This document shows, in pieces, positions 1-8,769 of a stretch of 46,581 nucleotides of DNA. Every line of letters begins with the position of its first letter. Positions within the stretch are counted from its first letter, which is position 1. The DNA lies in the IMG/VR virus record IMGVR_UViG_3300020045_005628, positions 1 to 46,581 of that record; one strand, given 5' to 3'. The notes beneath the pieces are model-generated. The model was given only the letters and a program-made list of their open reading frames with translations. It had not been told where the DNA came from and did not search any database. The position numbers were made by a program, and so were the translations under genes. This DNA comes from a virus (Duplodnaviria > Caudoviricetes).

Positions 1-121
1 ACAAAATCATTATTTGATAACATTTTAAGTCCATAAGGCAAATACCCTACAATGTATTTTAATTCTAATTTTTCCATTTTACGCAAAAGTTTTAAGTTCA
101 GCCGGAGCAATTGATTTTCCA
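1..121. repeat. Terminal direct repeat (copy 1), probably circular-assembly overlap
   Basis: Identical to 46461-46581; the reading frame 46166-46537 continues across the junction. Confidence 0.95.
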
Positions 122-459
122 CCGTTTATAAAATTACCTACACGGTCGTATAATCTTTCTAACAGGTTTAGTTTTACCTCAAAAAACGCCTCGTTGTTTA
201 TTTTGTTTAAAACATTTAATTCTTGTTTCGTGACTACTAATTTAGGCTTATTCGAAACCCTGGCTAAACTTTTTCTGATTTTTAATTCACCCGAAATAAT
301 ATCAAGTGTCAGGTCTTTTTCATTGTAGTAAACAACGTTGGGCTCAGTGCGGTATTTCACGCTTACTTTTCCTTTTTTTAAGAATGTTATTCTTTGTACT
401 TCTCCGGATTCGAAGATTTGCTGAATTGCTTTAAAAGCGTCTTGATTTTGTGTTTTCAT
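79..459 (-). CDS. Hypothetical phage protein; N-terminal half paralogous to 1559-1747
   Basis: 126-aa ORF with A-rich start; shared AF...G.(V/I)..I.F.K...V.(Y/F)...Y.EKD pattern. Confidence 0.7.
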   Translation of the reverse strand: MKTQNQDAFKAIQQIFESGEVQRITFLKKGKVSVKYRTEPNVVYYNEKDLTLDIISGELKIRKSLARVSNKPKLVVTKQELNVLNKINNEAFFEVKLNLLERLYDRVGNFINGGKSIAPAELKTFA

Positions 460-527
460 AATATTAATTTTTAGTAATAGTTTATAAATTGGTAAGGATT
501 AGTAAAGGGGGGAGGTTATTTGTTATA

Positions 528-716
528 TTATTTGTTAAAATGCTCTAATGCCATTTCCATAGACCATCCGTTATTAAAAATGTTTGGATTGTTGCTAATG
601 TGTTGCGCAAATGCAATAGCATGTTCATTAGCCAATTCAGCACAATTAGCAGCGTTATCTTCTCTGTTTCCATATTAGTGGTCGCAGTATGGTAAAAATT
701 TATTTTCTAATGTCAT
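528..716 (-). pseudogene. Small phage gene interrupted by in-frame TAA at 675-677
   Basis: MTLENKFLPYCDH*YGNREDNAANCAELANEHAIAFAQH...EHFNK; fills the intergenic gap and has a good start context. Confidence 0.6.
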
Positions 717-727
717 TTCGTTTAGTT

Positions 728-1237
728 TTAAATTAATCCTGATTCTTTTGCTCCTGTGGGAGTGAGTTCTAAATTGTATTTTGAAATAGATTCTATGTTT
801 TTAATTCCAATAGACGGGTACCATCCTAAATTACACCCTTTATTCCAAAAAACATTAAAATCAACATCTTTAAGCTTTATAGATTTATGAGTGTTATAGT
901 ATTTTATTTCAAACCCTTCAAAGTAACAGCGGTCTTTTGCTTTCCAATATTCAACATGTTCATCAAATACAATAGTGCCTCCTTCTGTTTCATGCATTTC
1001 TAACCATAATTCGAAATTTCCAGGCTCTTCCAATACAACCCAAACGCCATCAACAAACTTGCAGGGCACAAATTGCCAGATTTCGAGGTTTTTGAAAAGG
1101 AAGTTGGCGTATTTTTCAATATTTGTTTTAAGTGTTATATGATTTTCTAATTCAAATCTGTCTTCACAAACTATTAAATTAAAAATAGTAATCTGCTCTA
1201 AAACAAAAGCAATTATTGATATAAGATGTTTTTTCAT
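728..1237 (-). CDS. Hypothetical phage protein
   Basis: 169-aa ORF in the co-directional operon. Confidence 0.75.
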   Translation of the reverse strand: MKKHLISIIAFVLEQITIFNLIVCEDRFELENHITLKTNIEKYANFLFKNLEIWQFVPCKFVDGVWVVLEEPGNFELWLEMHETEGGTIVFDEHVEYWKAKDRCYFEGFEIKYYNTHKSIKLKDVDFNVFWNKGCNLGWYPSIGIKNIESISKYNLELTPTGAKESGLI

Positions 1238-1256
1238 TTCGGTTGGTTTTTAGTTG

Positions 1257-1436
1257 TTAATCAAGTAAGTTGTAAAATTCTGAATTACCACATTTTGGAC
1301 AAACATAAGTAGATTGGCATTCATCTACTTTTTTAAGTTCCTGTTGCTCCAAAGTTCCTTGCCACTTACACTTGCGTTTTGTGCATTCATAATTTTTAGA
1401 ATTAGGATCTGAATGCCTTGCGTATTTTCTTTTCAT
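1257..1436 (-). CDS. Small Zn-ribbon protein (59 aa)
   Basis: Manual translation MKRKYARHSD...CTKRKCKW...CPKCGNSEFY; two Cys pairs. Confidence 0.65.
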   Translation of the reverse strand: MKRKYARHSDPNSKNYECTKRKCKWQGTLEQQELKKVDECQSTYVCPKCGNSEFYNLLD

Positions 1437-1459
1437 AATAATTTATTTTTTTAGTTGTT

Positions 1460-1494
1460 AAAAAAAGGGTTGTTACTATACTTCGCAACCCTTT
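1460..1494 (-). terminator. Intrinsic terminator
   Basis: AAAGGGTTG-loop-CAACCCTTTTTTT on the minus strand. Confidence 0.75.
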
Positions 1495-1527
1495 CCGTTC
1501 ATAGAATCCTAATCGTTAAATTCGGAT

Positions 1528-1558
1528 AGCCTTTTTGAATCGTGCTTAGGATTGGTGG
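1528..1558 (-). other. Repeated 31-nt RNA motif (copy 1), possible pseudoknot
   Basis: 27/31 identical to 24891-24921. Confidence 0.6.
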
Positions 1559-1747
1559 TCAGTTTTTACTTTCTAATTTTTCAATATCTTCAAGTAACGT
1601 TATGATGTCTTTTTCTGAATACTCATAAGGAACAAATCTTTTGTCTCCTTTGAATCTAACTTTAAACTCATTCTTTCCAAATTTAATTTTTTTTATTTTT
1701 CCGTTTTGAAGTAAATTTCCAACGAATAAAAACGCTTCTGTGTACAT
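1559..1747 (-). CDS. Hypothetical protein, paralogue of 79-459
   Basis: 62-aa ORF directly after a promoter. Confidence 0.7.
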   Translation of the reverse strand: MYTEAFLFVGNLLQNGKIKKIKFGKNEFKVRFKGDKRFVPYEYSEKDIITLLEDIEKLESKN

Positions 1748-1784
1748 AGTTTTTAGTTTTTAGGGTTTCATTTATTTTGATATT

Positions 1785-1846
1785 CAAATGTACAAATTAT
1801 ACGGATTGGTTTTACAAAACACTAGTAATTTATAGCCATTCTAAAT
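1785..1846 (-). promoter_or_regulatory. Early promoter: -7 element TACATTTG (1785-1792), 13-bp operator (1790-1802), 19-bp palindrome (1828-1846)
   Basis: Matches the Bacteroidota TAnnTTTG/-33 TTTG consensus; architecture shared with other loci. Confidence 0.75.
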
Positions 1847-2292
1847 AATAAATTAATCAAAAAACGAATTAAAAAACATTTTTTACCTTGCGTTTTTTCC
1901 GCAAAATCTTTAAACGCTAATCCGATCAATTCAACATCTGTTGTCTCGATTCCTTCTACAAATATTTTTCCATCTTTTACCTCTAACATGGCGGTTCGTT
2001 TTTAATTAATGTTTCGTGTTTTTTCATCTGAGCTTTCCAAAATTCTTTTAGGCTCCTGGTTGTTTCTAATAAATGAATGAATTTTGCATTTTTAGAATAT
2101 TTATCGATTAGGTTATCGTAATAATCGATTCTCTCTTGTATTTCGGTTTTAGTGTGCATGGTTTTTCTTTGTTTTTAGGTTGATTCTGAGTACAGTTTTT
2201 TTATATCAGAGTATGTGATTACTTTTATGCTATTGGTTTTCATTATTTCTTTCTTTTCGGCTGTTGGTTTTGTTGTCCACCAAAGTAGGTAT

Positions 2293-2928
2293 TTACGCAT
2301 TAAAATCGTTATTTTTTATTTTAGCATCGTATTTCTGTTTTATCTCCTGCAATTCAATTTTCGTGTATTTGTAATTACGAAGTTCAATCGAAAGATTATC
2401 TAAATTATCTACAAACTCATTTCCGTAACGTTTAAGCAATCCTTTTCGATATTCTAACAGATTACCCGATAAATGTTTATTACAGTTTGTATTGCATTGT
2501 AAATGGCAGTTATCAGGATTAAACATTAAACCGCTGTAAGTGCCGGCGCTATAAAAATGTCCTCCTGCAGGATCGTTTGTTGGTTTGTCGCAAGAAATAC
2601 AATTTTTACCAGCATCACGCATCCTAACCCATTTTTGAAAACTTTTCTTTGCTTCGGCTTCATATTGTGAAAGAGTTTTTACATTCTCTTTCATTTTATC
2701 GCGAACAGCTTTTTCTTTTTTTACAATATCTTTTTTAACTATTCCGCTGCCTTTTAACATCGCCTTTTGCATAATTAATTTACCTGGTTCAGTTTTTAGC
2801 AGAAAATCAGAATAACATCCACACATTAAGCCTAATCCAAGCTTTCTATGATATGTTTCTATTCCACAACCTAAGCCGGATGTTACTCCGGTTCCTTTGC
2901 ATGGTTTTTGTTTTGGTGGTATTCCCAT
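2293..2928 (-). CDS. ninG: NinG/Rap-family recombination endonuclease
   Basis: FQKWVRMRD...CISC...AGGHF...NCHLQCNTNCN.HLSGNLLEYR..L..RYG signature. Confidence 0.88.
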   Translation of the reverse strand: MGIPPKQKPCKGTGVTSGLGCGIETYHRKLGLGLMCGCYSDFLLKTEPGKLIMQKAMLKGSGIVKKDIVKKEKAVRDKMKENVKTLSQYEAEAKKSFQKWVRMRDAGKNCISCDKPTNDPAGGHFYSAGTYSGLMFNPDNCHLQCNTNCNKHLSGNLLEYRKGLLKRYGNEFVDNLDNLSIELRNYKYTKIELQEIKQKYDAKIKNNDFNA

Positions 2929-2930
2929 AG

Positions 2931-3623
2931 TTAAAAAAGTTTTTGTTGGCCAATGTGGTTTGTTATTCTTTTTACAGCATCATTGTAATGCTCTGTGTCT
3001 AATTCGCATGCAGTTAATTCAAACCCGTAATCGTGACAAGCAATTGCAATGCTTCCTGAACCTAAATGAGTATCTAATATTTTAAATCCTTTTTCTGCAT
3101 ATTTATCTAAACAAAATTTATATAACGGAACTGGCTTTTGAGTTGGATGTATTCGTTTTTCATTCATTTTTTTATTACCCTGCATGTTTCCTTTTAAATC
3201 AGAGCCTTGCATAAATCCGTGCCACATAAATTTAACCAACCTAACTGCAGTTTTAAATGATGTGTAAGCTAATTCACAATCTGCAAAATCATTTTCTCCG
3301 TTAACTTTATCCCATACAATCCAACAGCTACTATTTGCGTTTGGAATATTTTCAATAAAATGATTTGCACCAAAAATTATCTGATTTTTAGAAACTCTTT
3401 TTAACTCTATAAAATATTCTGAAGGCGGTGGTTTATCGTCCCAATCTTTACTTCCGTAATCTTTACTTTTGGCTAATTTTGACCGTCCTTTATTGTTTTT
3501 TTTACTTTCTCCAATTCCATATGGTGGGTCAACAATAGCTAAATCAAAAAACTTATCAGGATAACCCTTCATTAGATTTAAATTACACTCGTTAGTTACA
3601 GTTATTTTATCTGTTATCTGCAT
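2931..3623 (-). CDS. DNA N6-adenine/N4-cytosine methyltransferase (beta class)
   Basis: DPPY catalytic motif, HPTQKP, then ILDTHLGSGS SAM-binding motif. Confidence 0.92.
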   Translation of the reverse strand: MQITDKITVTNECNLNLMKGYPDKFFDLAIVDPPYGIGESKKNNKGRSKLAKSKDYGSKDWDDKPPPSEYFIELKRVSKNQIIFGANHFIENIPNANSSCWIVWDKVNGENDFADCELAYTSFKTAVRLVKFMWHGFMQGSDLKGNMQGNKKMNEKRIHPTQKPVPLYKFCLDKYAEKGFKILDTHLGSGSIAIACHDYGFELTACELDTEHYNDAVKRITNHIGQQKLF

Positions 3624-3635
3624 TTTTGGTGGTTT

Positions 3636-4163
3636 TTAGTATAAATCAGCATTTGGTTTTTCAGGTGTCAGGTTTTCTTTGTCGCATATTTTACAATTCC
3701 AAACCTCTCCATTTGCTACGGTTCTACTATAATTAAATGTTTTTTTATCATCGTTTCCACATTCGCTACAATACAATGATTCTTCGTAACGCTCCATGTC
3801 TTTATCAAAGTCTTTTTCGATATCAGGTATTTCTGCAGTTCCTGCTGTTTTACAAACAACTTTTATCCCAACTTCAAGGCAAATATTTATTTCCGCACGC
3901 ATTCCGTTTGAAATTCTATCGCCATATAGCCAAATTTCATCTATAAAACCCTTTTTAAGCATGAATAAACCATTAGACAAACCTCTTTCACGTTCAACGG
4001 GTATTTCATCGTTTAAAGCGTATAAATCTGATAAATACGGAACGAATGGAATAATGTTTGGTTCGGTTAAATTAACCTCTCTACAGATTGCAACTACTTT
4101 TTTAATATTATTTTCTACATCTCCGCCTATTGGGTGAGCTATGTAAACTATTTTTTTGGTCAT
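3636..4163 (-). CDS. Nucleoside 2-deoxyribosyltransferase-like (DUF4406-like) protein with C-terminal Zn ribbon
   Basis: VYIAHPI...DEIWLYGDRISNGMRAEI motifs; CxxC...CxxC tail. Confidence 0.7.
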   Translation of the reverse strand: MTKKIVYIAHPIGGDVENNIKKVVAICREVNLTEPNIIPFVPYLSDLYALNDEIPVERERGLSNGLFMLKKGFIDEIWLYGDRISNGMRAEINICLEVGIKVVCKTAGTAEIPDIEKDFDKDMERYEESLYCSECGNDDKKTFNYSRTVANGEVWNCKICDKENLTPEKPNADLY

Positions 4164-4186
4164 AATTTTTGGTTTTAAATTATATG

Positions 4187-4247
4187 TAAATGTATAAATT
4201 ATACGAATACGATTAACGTTGTTTGGTAGTTTAGAATGATTTTAAAT
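4187..4247 (-). promoter_or_regulatory. Early promoter with perfect 13-bp operator GTATAAATTATAC (4192-4204) and 19-bp palindrome (4229-4247)
   Basis: -7 variant TACATTTA; same spacing as the other copies. Confidence 0.7.
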
Positions 4248-4436
4248 TAGTGGCTTTAGTATTTGCAATGGTACTTTTAAGGAGTGTTTCAATATTACTA
4301 AATCACGTGCTTTTACTGCTGGAATAATATCTACGAAAACACCGCATAGATGTTTTTTACCGTTTAGCATAACGTAACTTTTATAACTTTGTTCACGTCT
4401 TGACCATTCTACACCTGTATATTCTTTTTGTTTCAT
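4242..4436 (-). CDS. Stand-alone AP2-like DNA-binding domain protein
   Basis: YTGVEW...YKSYV..NGKKHLCGVF....AVKARD resembles the AP2/HNH-AP2 domain. Confidence 0.7.
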   Translation of the reverse strand: MKQKEYTGVEWSRREQSYKSYVMLNGKKHLCGVFVDIIPAVKARDLVILKHSLKVPLQILKPLI

Positions 4437-4575
4437 TTCAACAAAAATTTAGGCGGTTTTTGAAGGTGTGGCAATTCCTTGCAAGCCTCAACTACTTTTT
4501 TAGCTTCGGTGTTATCATTGGCTTTTAAATAGCTGATATTGTCTGTTAGCTTTGTTGTGGGTGTGCTTGATTTTT

Positions 4576-5355
4576 TCATAATAATTCTAATTTAGGTTGG
4601 TTAATATTTTCTATAGCATTCAAAACTTTTTTATTACTTATTAATGAATTAAACCCATTATTTAAACAATCAAATTTTACAATGTATTCGCTTTCAATTC
4701 TGAATATTTCACTATCCGGAAACTCGGCCGGTAATTCTTCCAATACTTCAAAACTCCAATCGCTTAATTTTGTTTTACTAAGATATAAGCCAAAAGGACT
4801 ATTACTATGTTTTAAATGATTCCACCAACGAAAAAAAGGAGCGTTACGGGTTTTTCCAATGTAACATTTTTCAGTTGATTTTTCAGTAATTTTATAAATG
4901 TAATTCGGAGAATCTTTTTTTATGTAACATTCATCATCCGGTAATTCAATATCTTTATAATATTCTTTTTTATGTTTATTTAAACATGTATCATCATCTG
5001 AACGGCAAAACATTTTATCCGGAAAAATACGGTCGTATGTTCGTGGCCTTGAATGATATTCGCTTTCGTGAATTTGTTTACATTCATCGCATTGCCATTG
5101 GCCGGCTATTGCTAAACTAACTTCATAACTATAAAGTGGGTAAATAAGCAAATAGAAAAATTGCGCTTCGTCTTTTGTTTCACGGCTATAAACTTTTCCG
5201 TTTTGGAAAAACTGAGGATATTTGTCTAAAATATATTGCTTAACCGTTTCTTTTGATTCCGATTCAATAAATCTTTCTTCTATAACATTTTCAGATCCAA
5301 ATTGATATTCTGAAATTGATTTAACTACTCGAATAAATGCTTTGAAATATGGCAT
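4576..5355 (-). CDS. GIY-YIG nuclease domain protein with Cys-rich N-terminal region
   Basis: YIYKIT......YIGKT......RWWNH...E...I.......N motif set. Confidence 0.8.
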   Translation of the reverse strand: MPYFKAFIRVVKSISEYQFGSENVIEERFIESESKETVKQYILDKYPQFFQNGKVYSRETKDEAQFFYLLIYPLYSYEVSLAIAGQWQCDECKQIHESEYHSRPRTYDRIFPDKMFCRSDDDTCLNKHKKEYYKDIELPDDECYIKKDSPNYIYKITEKSTEKCYIGKTRNAPFFRWWNHLKHSNSPFGLYLSKTKLSDWSFEVLEELPAEFPDSEIFRIESEYIVKFDCLNNGFNSLISNKKVLNAIENINQPKLELL

Positions 5356-5385
5356 AATTTTATTTTTTGGTTTATCGTCTAAAGC

Positions 5386-5613
5386 TTATTTTAATAATCT
5401 TGGTTTTGGTTTCGGAATGAAAATATACTGAATAGGCATAAATACTTCGTCCGGTTCGTATGTTTCTGTATCCACTGGTAACATCGTTAATATTTCGCTT
5501 TCGAAATTAATAGCTAATAAAATACACATTATCGGATTTTCCATACTTGAAGTTTTAAACTCTAATTTCATGTAAGGTTTCCAATTCGTTTTTATCATTT
5601 GTTCACGTGTCAT
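5386..5613 (-). CDS. Hypothetical protein
   Basis: 75-aa ORF, tightly packed in the operon. Confidence 0.65.
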   Translation of the reverse strand: MTREQMIKTNWKPYMKLEFKTSSMENPIMCILLAINFESEILTMLPVDTETYEPDEVFMPIQYIFIPKPKPRLLK

Positions 5614-5616
5614 AAC

Positions 5617-6396
5617 TTAAAATTTATAATCACCTTTAATATCTCGTCTTTTTGCTCTCAAAGCGTACAAAAATTCACTTTTACTTTCGTCTTTTTCCCA
5701 TTCTGAAATTAAATTTTCAAGTTGCTGCCTGGTAAATCCTTCGGTAATTTCATTTATTCTTTCAACTAAAGCATCGTGTTTTTTCTGAGGCGTGTTTTTA
5801 CGTGCTTCATAAGCCTTTAAAACGTCCTGAGTTGTTAACTGATCCTTTGCGTACAAAACCTTTTCTTTTTGGTATTGAATTTCTCTTGCTTCAGCTTTTA
5901 ATTCTAAATATTGCGGAAACCATTCCCCGTAAATTAAATTAGAATCTACACCACGCATTGTTGCTCCAAATTTACCCGTTCTTGCAAGTTTAAAGAACAA
6001 AATAATATCTTCTAACGAATCATTCTTAAAATTTTCTAAAGTATCAACGGTTAATGTTTCTAATTGAACATCATTCATTTTTGTTGCGAATCCGAAAGAA
6101 TCCATAAACCGGCCAACTAAAACTTTTACAACTCCAAAAGCGATAGTTGCTTTTTCTTCGCATTTGAAAACTGATTTAATATTTAGCGTGTTCAAAGTAT
6201 CTTTTATTTGCAAATTCATTTCAACAACTGAAACGTTAGTTTTTCCGTTTAAAATGTTACTCGCTAAAGTTACCGTTTTTTCAACAATGGTTAATTTATC
6301 CTTTTCCCCAGTTGAAAGATTTTCCTGTTTCTGAATTGATTGCATCGTTGTAGATTTCTGCGTTTGTTTTTCCTGATTGCTGTTGTTTGTTTGCAT
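5617..6396 (-). CDS. Putative replication accessory (helicase loader-like) protein; start may be ~6345
   Basis: Overlaps the initiator in a lambda O-P-like arrangement; function inferred from position only. Confidence 0.45.
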   Translation of the reverse strand: MQTNNSNQEKQTQKSTTMQSIQKQENLSTGEKDKLTIVEKTVTLASNILNGKTNVSVVEMNLQIKDTLNTLNIKSVFKCEEKATIAFGVVKVLVGRFMDSFGFATKMNDVQLETLTVDTLENFKNDSLEDIILFFKLARTGKFGATMRGVDSNLIYGEWFPQYLELKAEAREIQYQKEKVLYAKDQLTTQDVLKAYEARKNTPQKKHDALVERINEITEGFTRQQLENLISEWEKDESKSEFLYALRAKRRDIKGDYKF

Positions 6397-7171
6397 AATT
6401 ATCTTCTAAAATTTTAATAAAATTGGCTGGTGTAAAAATCCAGTCAAAACTTGCTGTCCAGTTTTTTGAGTTATCTCCTTGTAGAAATTTTGAATCTTTG
6501 GCTTTTTCAATAGCGTGTATTAAACATTCTTTTCCGTATTGCTTTTGCAAAATAGCGATTCTTTTTTTTCTTGCATCAGTCATTTTTTTAACTTCTGACA
6601 AATTGCCTTTATTATCATTAAAAAACTTTTGAAATTTAATATAATCAATTTTATCTGGCGGTGGATCAATTTTTAATTGATCAGAAATCACTACACCTTT
6701 ATTTACTTTTTTATCTTCAGAAAAATCTTTTACAATAACTGTGTCTATAACACTAACATTATCAATAGCTATTTCTATAGCACTAACAGCGATTTCTGCG
6801 ACTGTTTGCGATTGCAAATTATCGCACTGCGATGTTGTGCGATTTTTTCCGATATTTTCAGCTTGATCTAAAGTTAGTTTTTCAGATACAAATTCGTCAT
6901 ATAAATCCTTGTGCCATCGCTTTAAATTGCCGATTCTGCCACTTAAACTTTTATCGTGCTTGCCTAATATGTATTTTTCTAAATCAGCTTTTAAATGATT
7001 CTTTATTTGCTCAAAAACTACATTTACAAGTAATTCTTCAGTCATAGGGTTTTCATCATTCACATAAGAAAAAATATGCTTCATTAATCTTCCCGCTACA
7101 TCGTCAGGAAGTTGTTTTATAGTTCCTATGTAGTTAGCATAAAGAATAAACCCTTTCTTGTTTTCAGCCAT
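6296..7171 (-). CDS. Phage replication initiator (DUF6291-like N-terminus)
   Basis: KKGFILY...LPDD.AGRL...IF.Y N-terminus, low-complexity linker, C-terminal FLQG...W.ASFDWI....NF.KILE.NY typical of phage O-like proteins; start set at MAENKK. Confidence 0.8.
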   Translation of the reverse strand: MAENKKGFILYANYIGTIKQLPDDVAGRLMKHIFSYVNDENPMTEELLVNVVFEQIKNHLKADLEKYILGKHDKSLSGRIGNLKRWHKDLYDEFVSEKLTLDQAENIGKNRTTSQCDNLQSQTVAEIAVSAIEIAIDNVSVIDTVIVKDFSEDKKVNKGVVISDQLKIDPPPDKIDYIKFQKFFNDNKGNLSEVKKMTDARKKRIAILQKQYGKECLIHAIEKAKDSKFLQGDNSKNWTASFDWIFTPANFIKILEDNYANKQQQSGKTNAEIYNDAINSETGKSFNWGKG

Positions 7172-7445
7172 TTTCGCCTCCTTCCTTCCATTTCTCAAAA
7201 TAACTTAAATCTACGCTATTTTGAACGTTTTTGTCGTAACACGCGTAACAGTACTCTTTTTCTATTTCTGTAGCTTCACGCGCGTCAAAATAGCCGTTTT
7301 CGAGTATTGAAGTAAGTTCGTGTAAAGGAAATTCATTGTTTACCCAATAAACCGCCTCATAACCAATCAATGATTTTTCGGGGCATTTTTCGTTTATTTT
7401 TAATACTACGAAATCCCCGTGTTTTGGCGTGAAATTATTTTCCAT
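7164..7445 (-). CDS. Hypothetical protein
   Basis: 93-aa ORF overlapping both neighbours. Confidence 0.6.
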   Translation of the reverse strand: MENNFTPKHGDFVVLKINEKCPEKSLIGYEAVYWVNNEFPLHELTSILENGYFDAREATEIEKEYCYACYDKNVQNSVDLSYFEKWKEGGENG

Positions 7446-7926
7446 TACTTAAGTGTTTAGAATTGTTAATTTTTGACCACATTTGTTTTTTAGCTTCGGT
7501 ATCGCACCACTCGTTTACAAAACTTCTTTTATCATCAACTCCTGAATGTGCTTTAACGTGCCTAAATTCAATTTCTAAAGGCTTTTTATGCGAACGTCTT
7601 AGCTCTAAAAAAAGTGTATTAAATTGGATTCTTTTTGATGTTGAAAGATTGTATTTTGAAACGTGTTTTTTATCGCCTTTTAAGTAAGCAATAGCATTTA
7701 AAGAATCGGTGTTAATGATGATTTTAGTAATTCCTTTATGTGATTTTAAAACAATGCTTAAAGCGTTTATAATACATTTCGCTTCTGCATCATCTGAAGT
7801 AGTGCATTTTTTACGGAAAACTCCGCTTTTGGTTATTTTAAAATCGTTACATATGGCCCAAAAAGCATATCCCCCGATTTTAAGTGATGTGTGAAAACAA
7901 GCATCTGTGTTTATGGTTACTAGCAT
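7435..7926 (-). CDS. Ribonuclease HI-family protein
   Basis: INTDA...AEA...INTDS...HVKAHSG.....NEWCD..AK gives the D-E-D-D catalytic set; start set at MLVTINTD. Confidence 0.88.
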   Translation of the reverse strand: MLVTINTDACFHTSLKIGGYAFWAICNDFKITKSGVFRKKCTTSDDAEAKCIINALSIVLKSHKGITKIIINTDSLNAIAYLKGDKKHVSKYNLSTSKRIQFNTLFLELRRSHKKPLEIEFRHVKAHSGVDDKRSFVNEWCDTEAKKQMWSKINNSKHLSNGK

Positions 7927-7939
7927 AATGTAAGGTATT

Positions 7940-7993
7940 AAAAAATCCAATCAATTTGGCAGTATTGTGGAAAGTGCCTCGTCGATTGGATTT
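7940..7993 (-). terminator. Compound hairpin plus U-tract in the leader of the RNase H/replication operon
   Basis: AAATCCAATC...GATTGGATTTTT outer stem with inner GGCA/TGCC stem. Confidence 0.6.
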
Positions 7994-8051
7994 ATAATTA
8001 AAACCAGTATGTTAAGTATTCATTGTATCGCTTTCCACGTCAATACGAATA

Positions 8052-8112
8052 CAAAAATACACATTTATTTCAATGTACAAACAATTTTAAGTAATTTGTA
8101 TTGATTTTAAAT
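8052..8112 (-). promoter_or_regulatory. Promoter (-7 TATTTTTG, 8052-8059) with degenerate 19-bp palindrome (8094-8112)
   Basis: 42-bp spacing as in the other copies. Confidence 0.6.
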
Positions 8113-8115
8113 AAG

Positions 8116-8421
8116 TTAAAAAATTGGTTTTTGATGAACCGGAGGAACGCTTCTAACAGTTTTTTGTCTTTTAATCTTAAGTTCCTCAGGCAAAAAATCT
8201 CCAAATTCCCAAACCATATTTTTTTTTGCGAGAATATGGTGAGTTTTATTTACATCGAAATCTTTTGCTAAAATATTCCATGCCGTGCCTTTGGTTAAAC
8301 CTTTATTTACAGTAGCTGTTTTTGTCCAATCAGTAATTTTTGATTTGGCATTTTCGAACATTTGTTTAATCTGTTCGTTAGTTATTGTTTCAGCTATTTT
8401 TTTTGCGTCATTTCTGTTCAT
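8116..8421 (-). CDS. Hypothetical protein
   Basis: 101-aa ORF. Confidence 0.7.
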   Translation of the reverse strand: MNRNDAKKIAETITNEQIKQMFENAKSKITDWTKTATVNKGLTKGTAWNILAKDFDVNKTHHILAKKNMVWEFGDFLPEELKIKRQKTVRSVPPVHQKPIF

Positions 8422-8426
8422 ATCTA

Positions 8427-8708
8427 TTAATTGTTTAATTGTTGATAAAGTTTAATCGCTGCTTCTTTTTGGTTTTCCGGTAAGGTGTGTTTTGCGTAAC
8501 GAAAAATATTTCCAAACTTGTTTCTTCTTTTTAGAAAAATACGTTCTAAAAACAACCCGTGGTGCGTCTGTAATTGTGATATTCGGGTACGGAATCCGCT
8601 TAACCAACCGAAATCCATAATTGAAACACTGCCTTCTACTATCAAATGTAAAAGCACTTCTTGTTGACTTGTTTTAGGAACCGGATATTTTTTATACTCT
8701 GGATTCAT
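8427..8708 (-). CDS. Winged helix-turn-helix protein
   Basis: SQQ.VL.HL...GSVS......SGFRTRIS.L....G pattern of small phage wHTH proteins. Confidence 0.7.
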   Translation of the reverse strand: MNPEYKKYPVPKTSQQEVLLHLIVEGSVSIMDFGWLSGFRTRISQLQTHHGLFLERIFLKRRNKFGNIFRYAKHTLPENQKEAAIKLYQQLNN

Positions 8709-8725
8709 AACATTTGTTTTTGGTT

Positions 8726-8762
8726 AAAAAATAAGGCTGATAAATCGGGAAATATCAGCCTT
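8726..8762 (-). terminator. Intrinsic terminator
   Basis: AAGGCTGATA/TATCAGCCTT stem followed by a U-run. Confidence 0.7.
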
Positions 8763-8769
8763 TAAATAA

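Noticed and set aside
6735-6795. Iteron-like repeats inside the initiator gene
   Set aside because: Short ACTAAC/ATAGC repeats match the low-complexity linker of O-like proteins; an origin is plausible but the repeats are too degenerate to call
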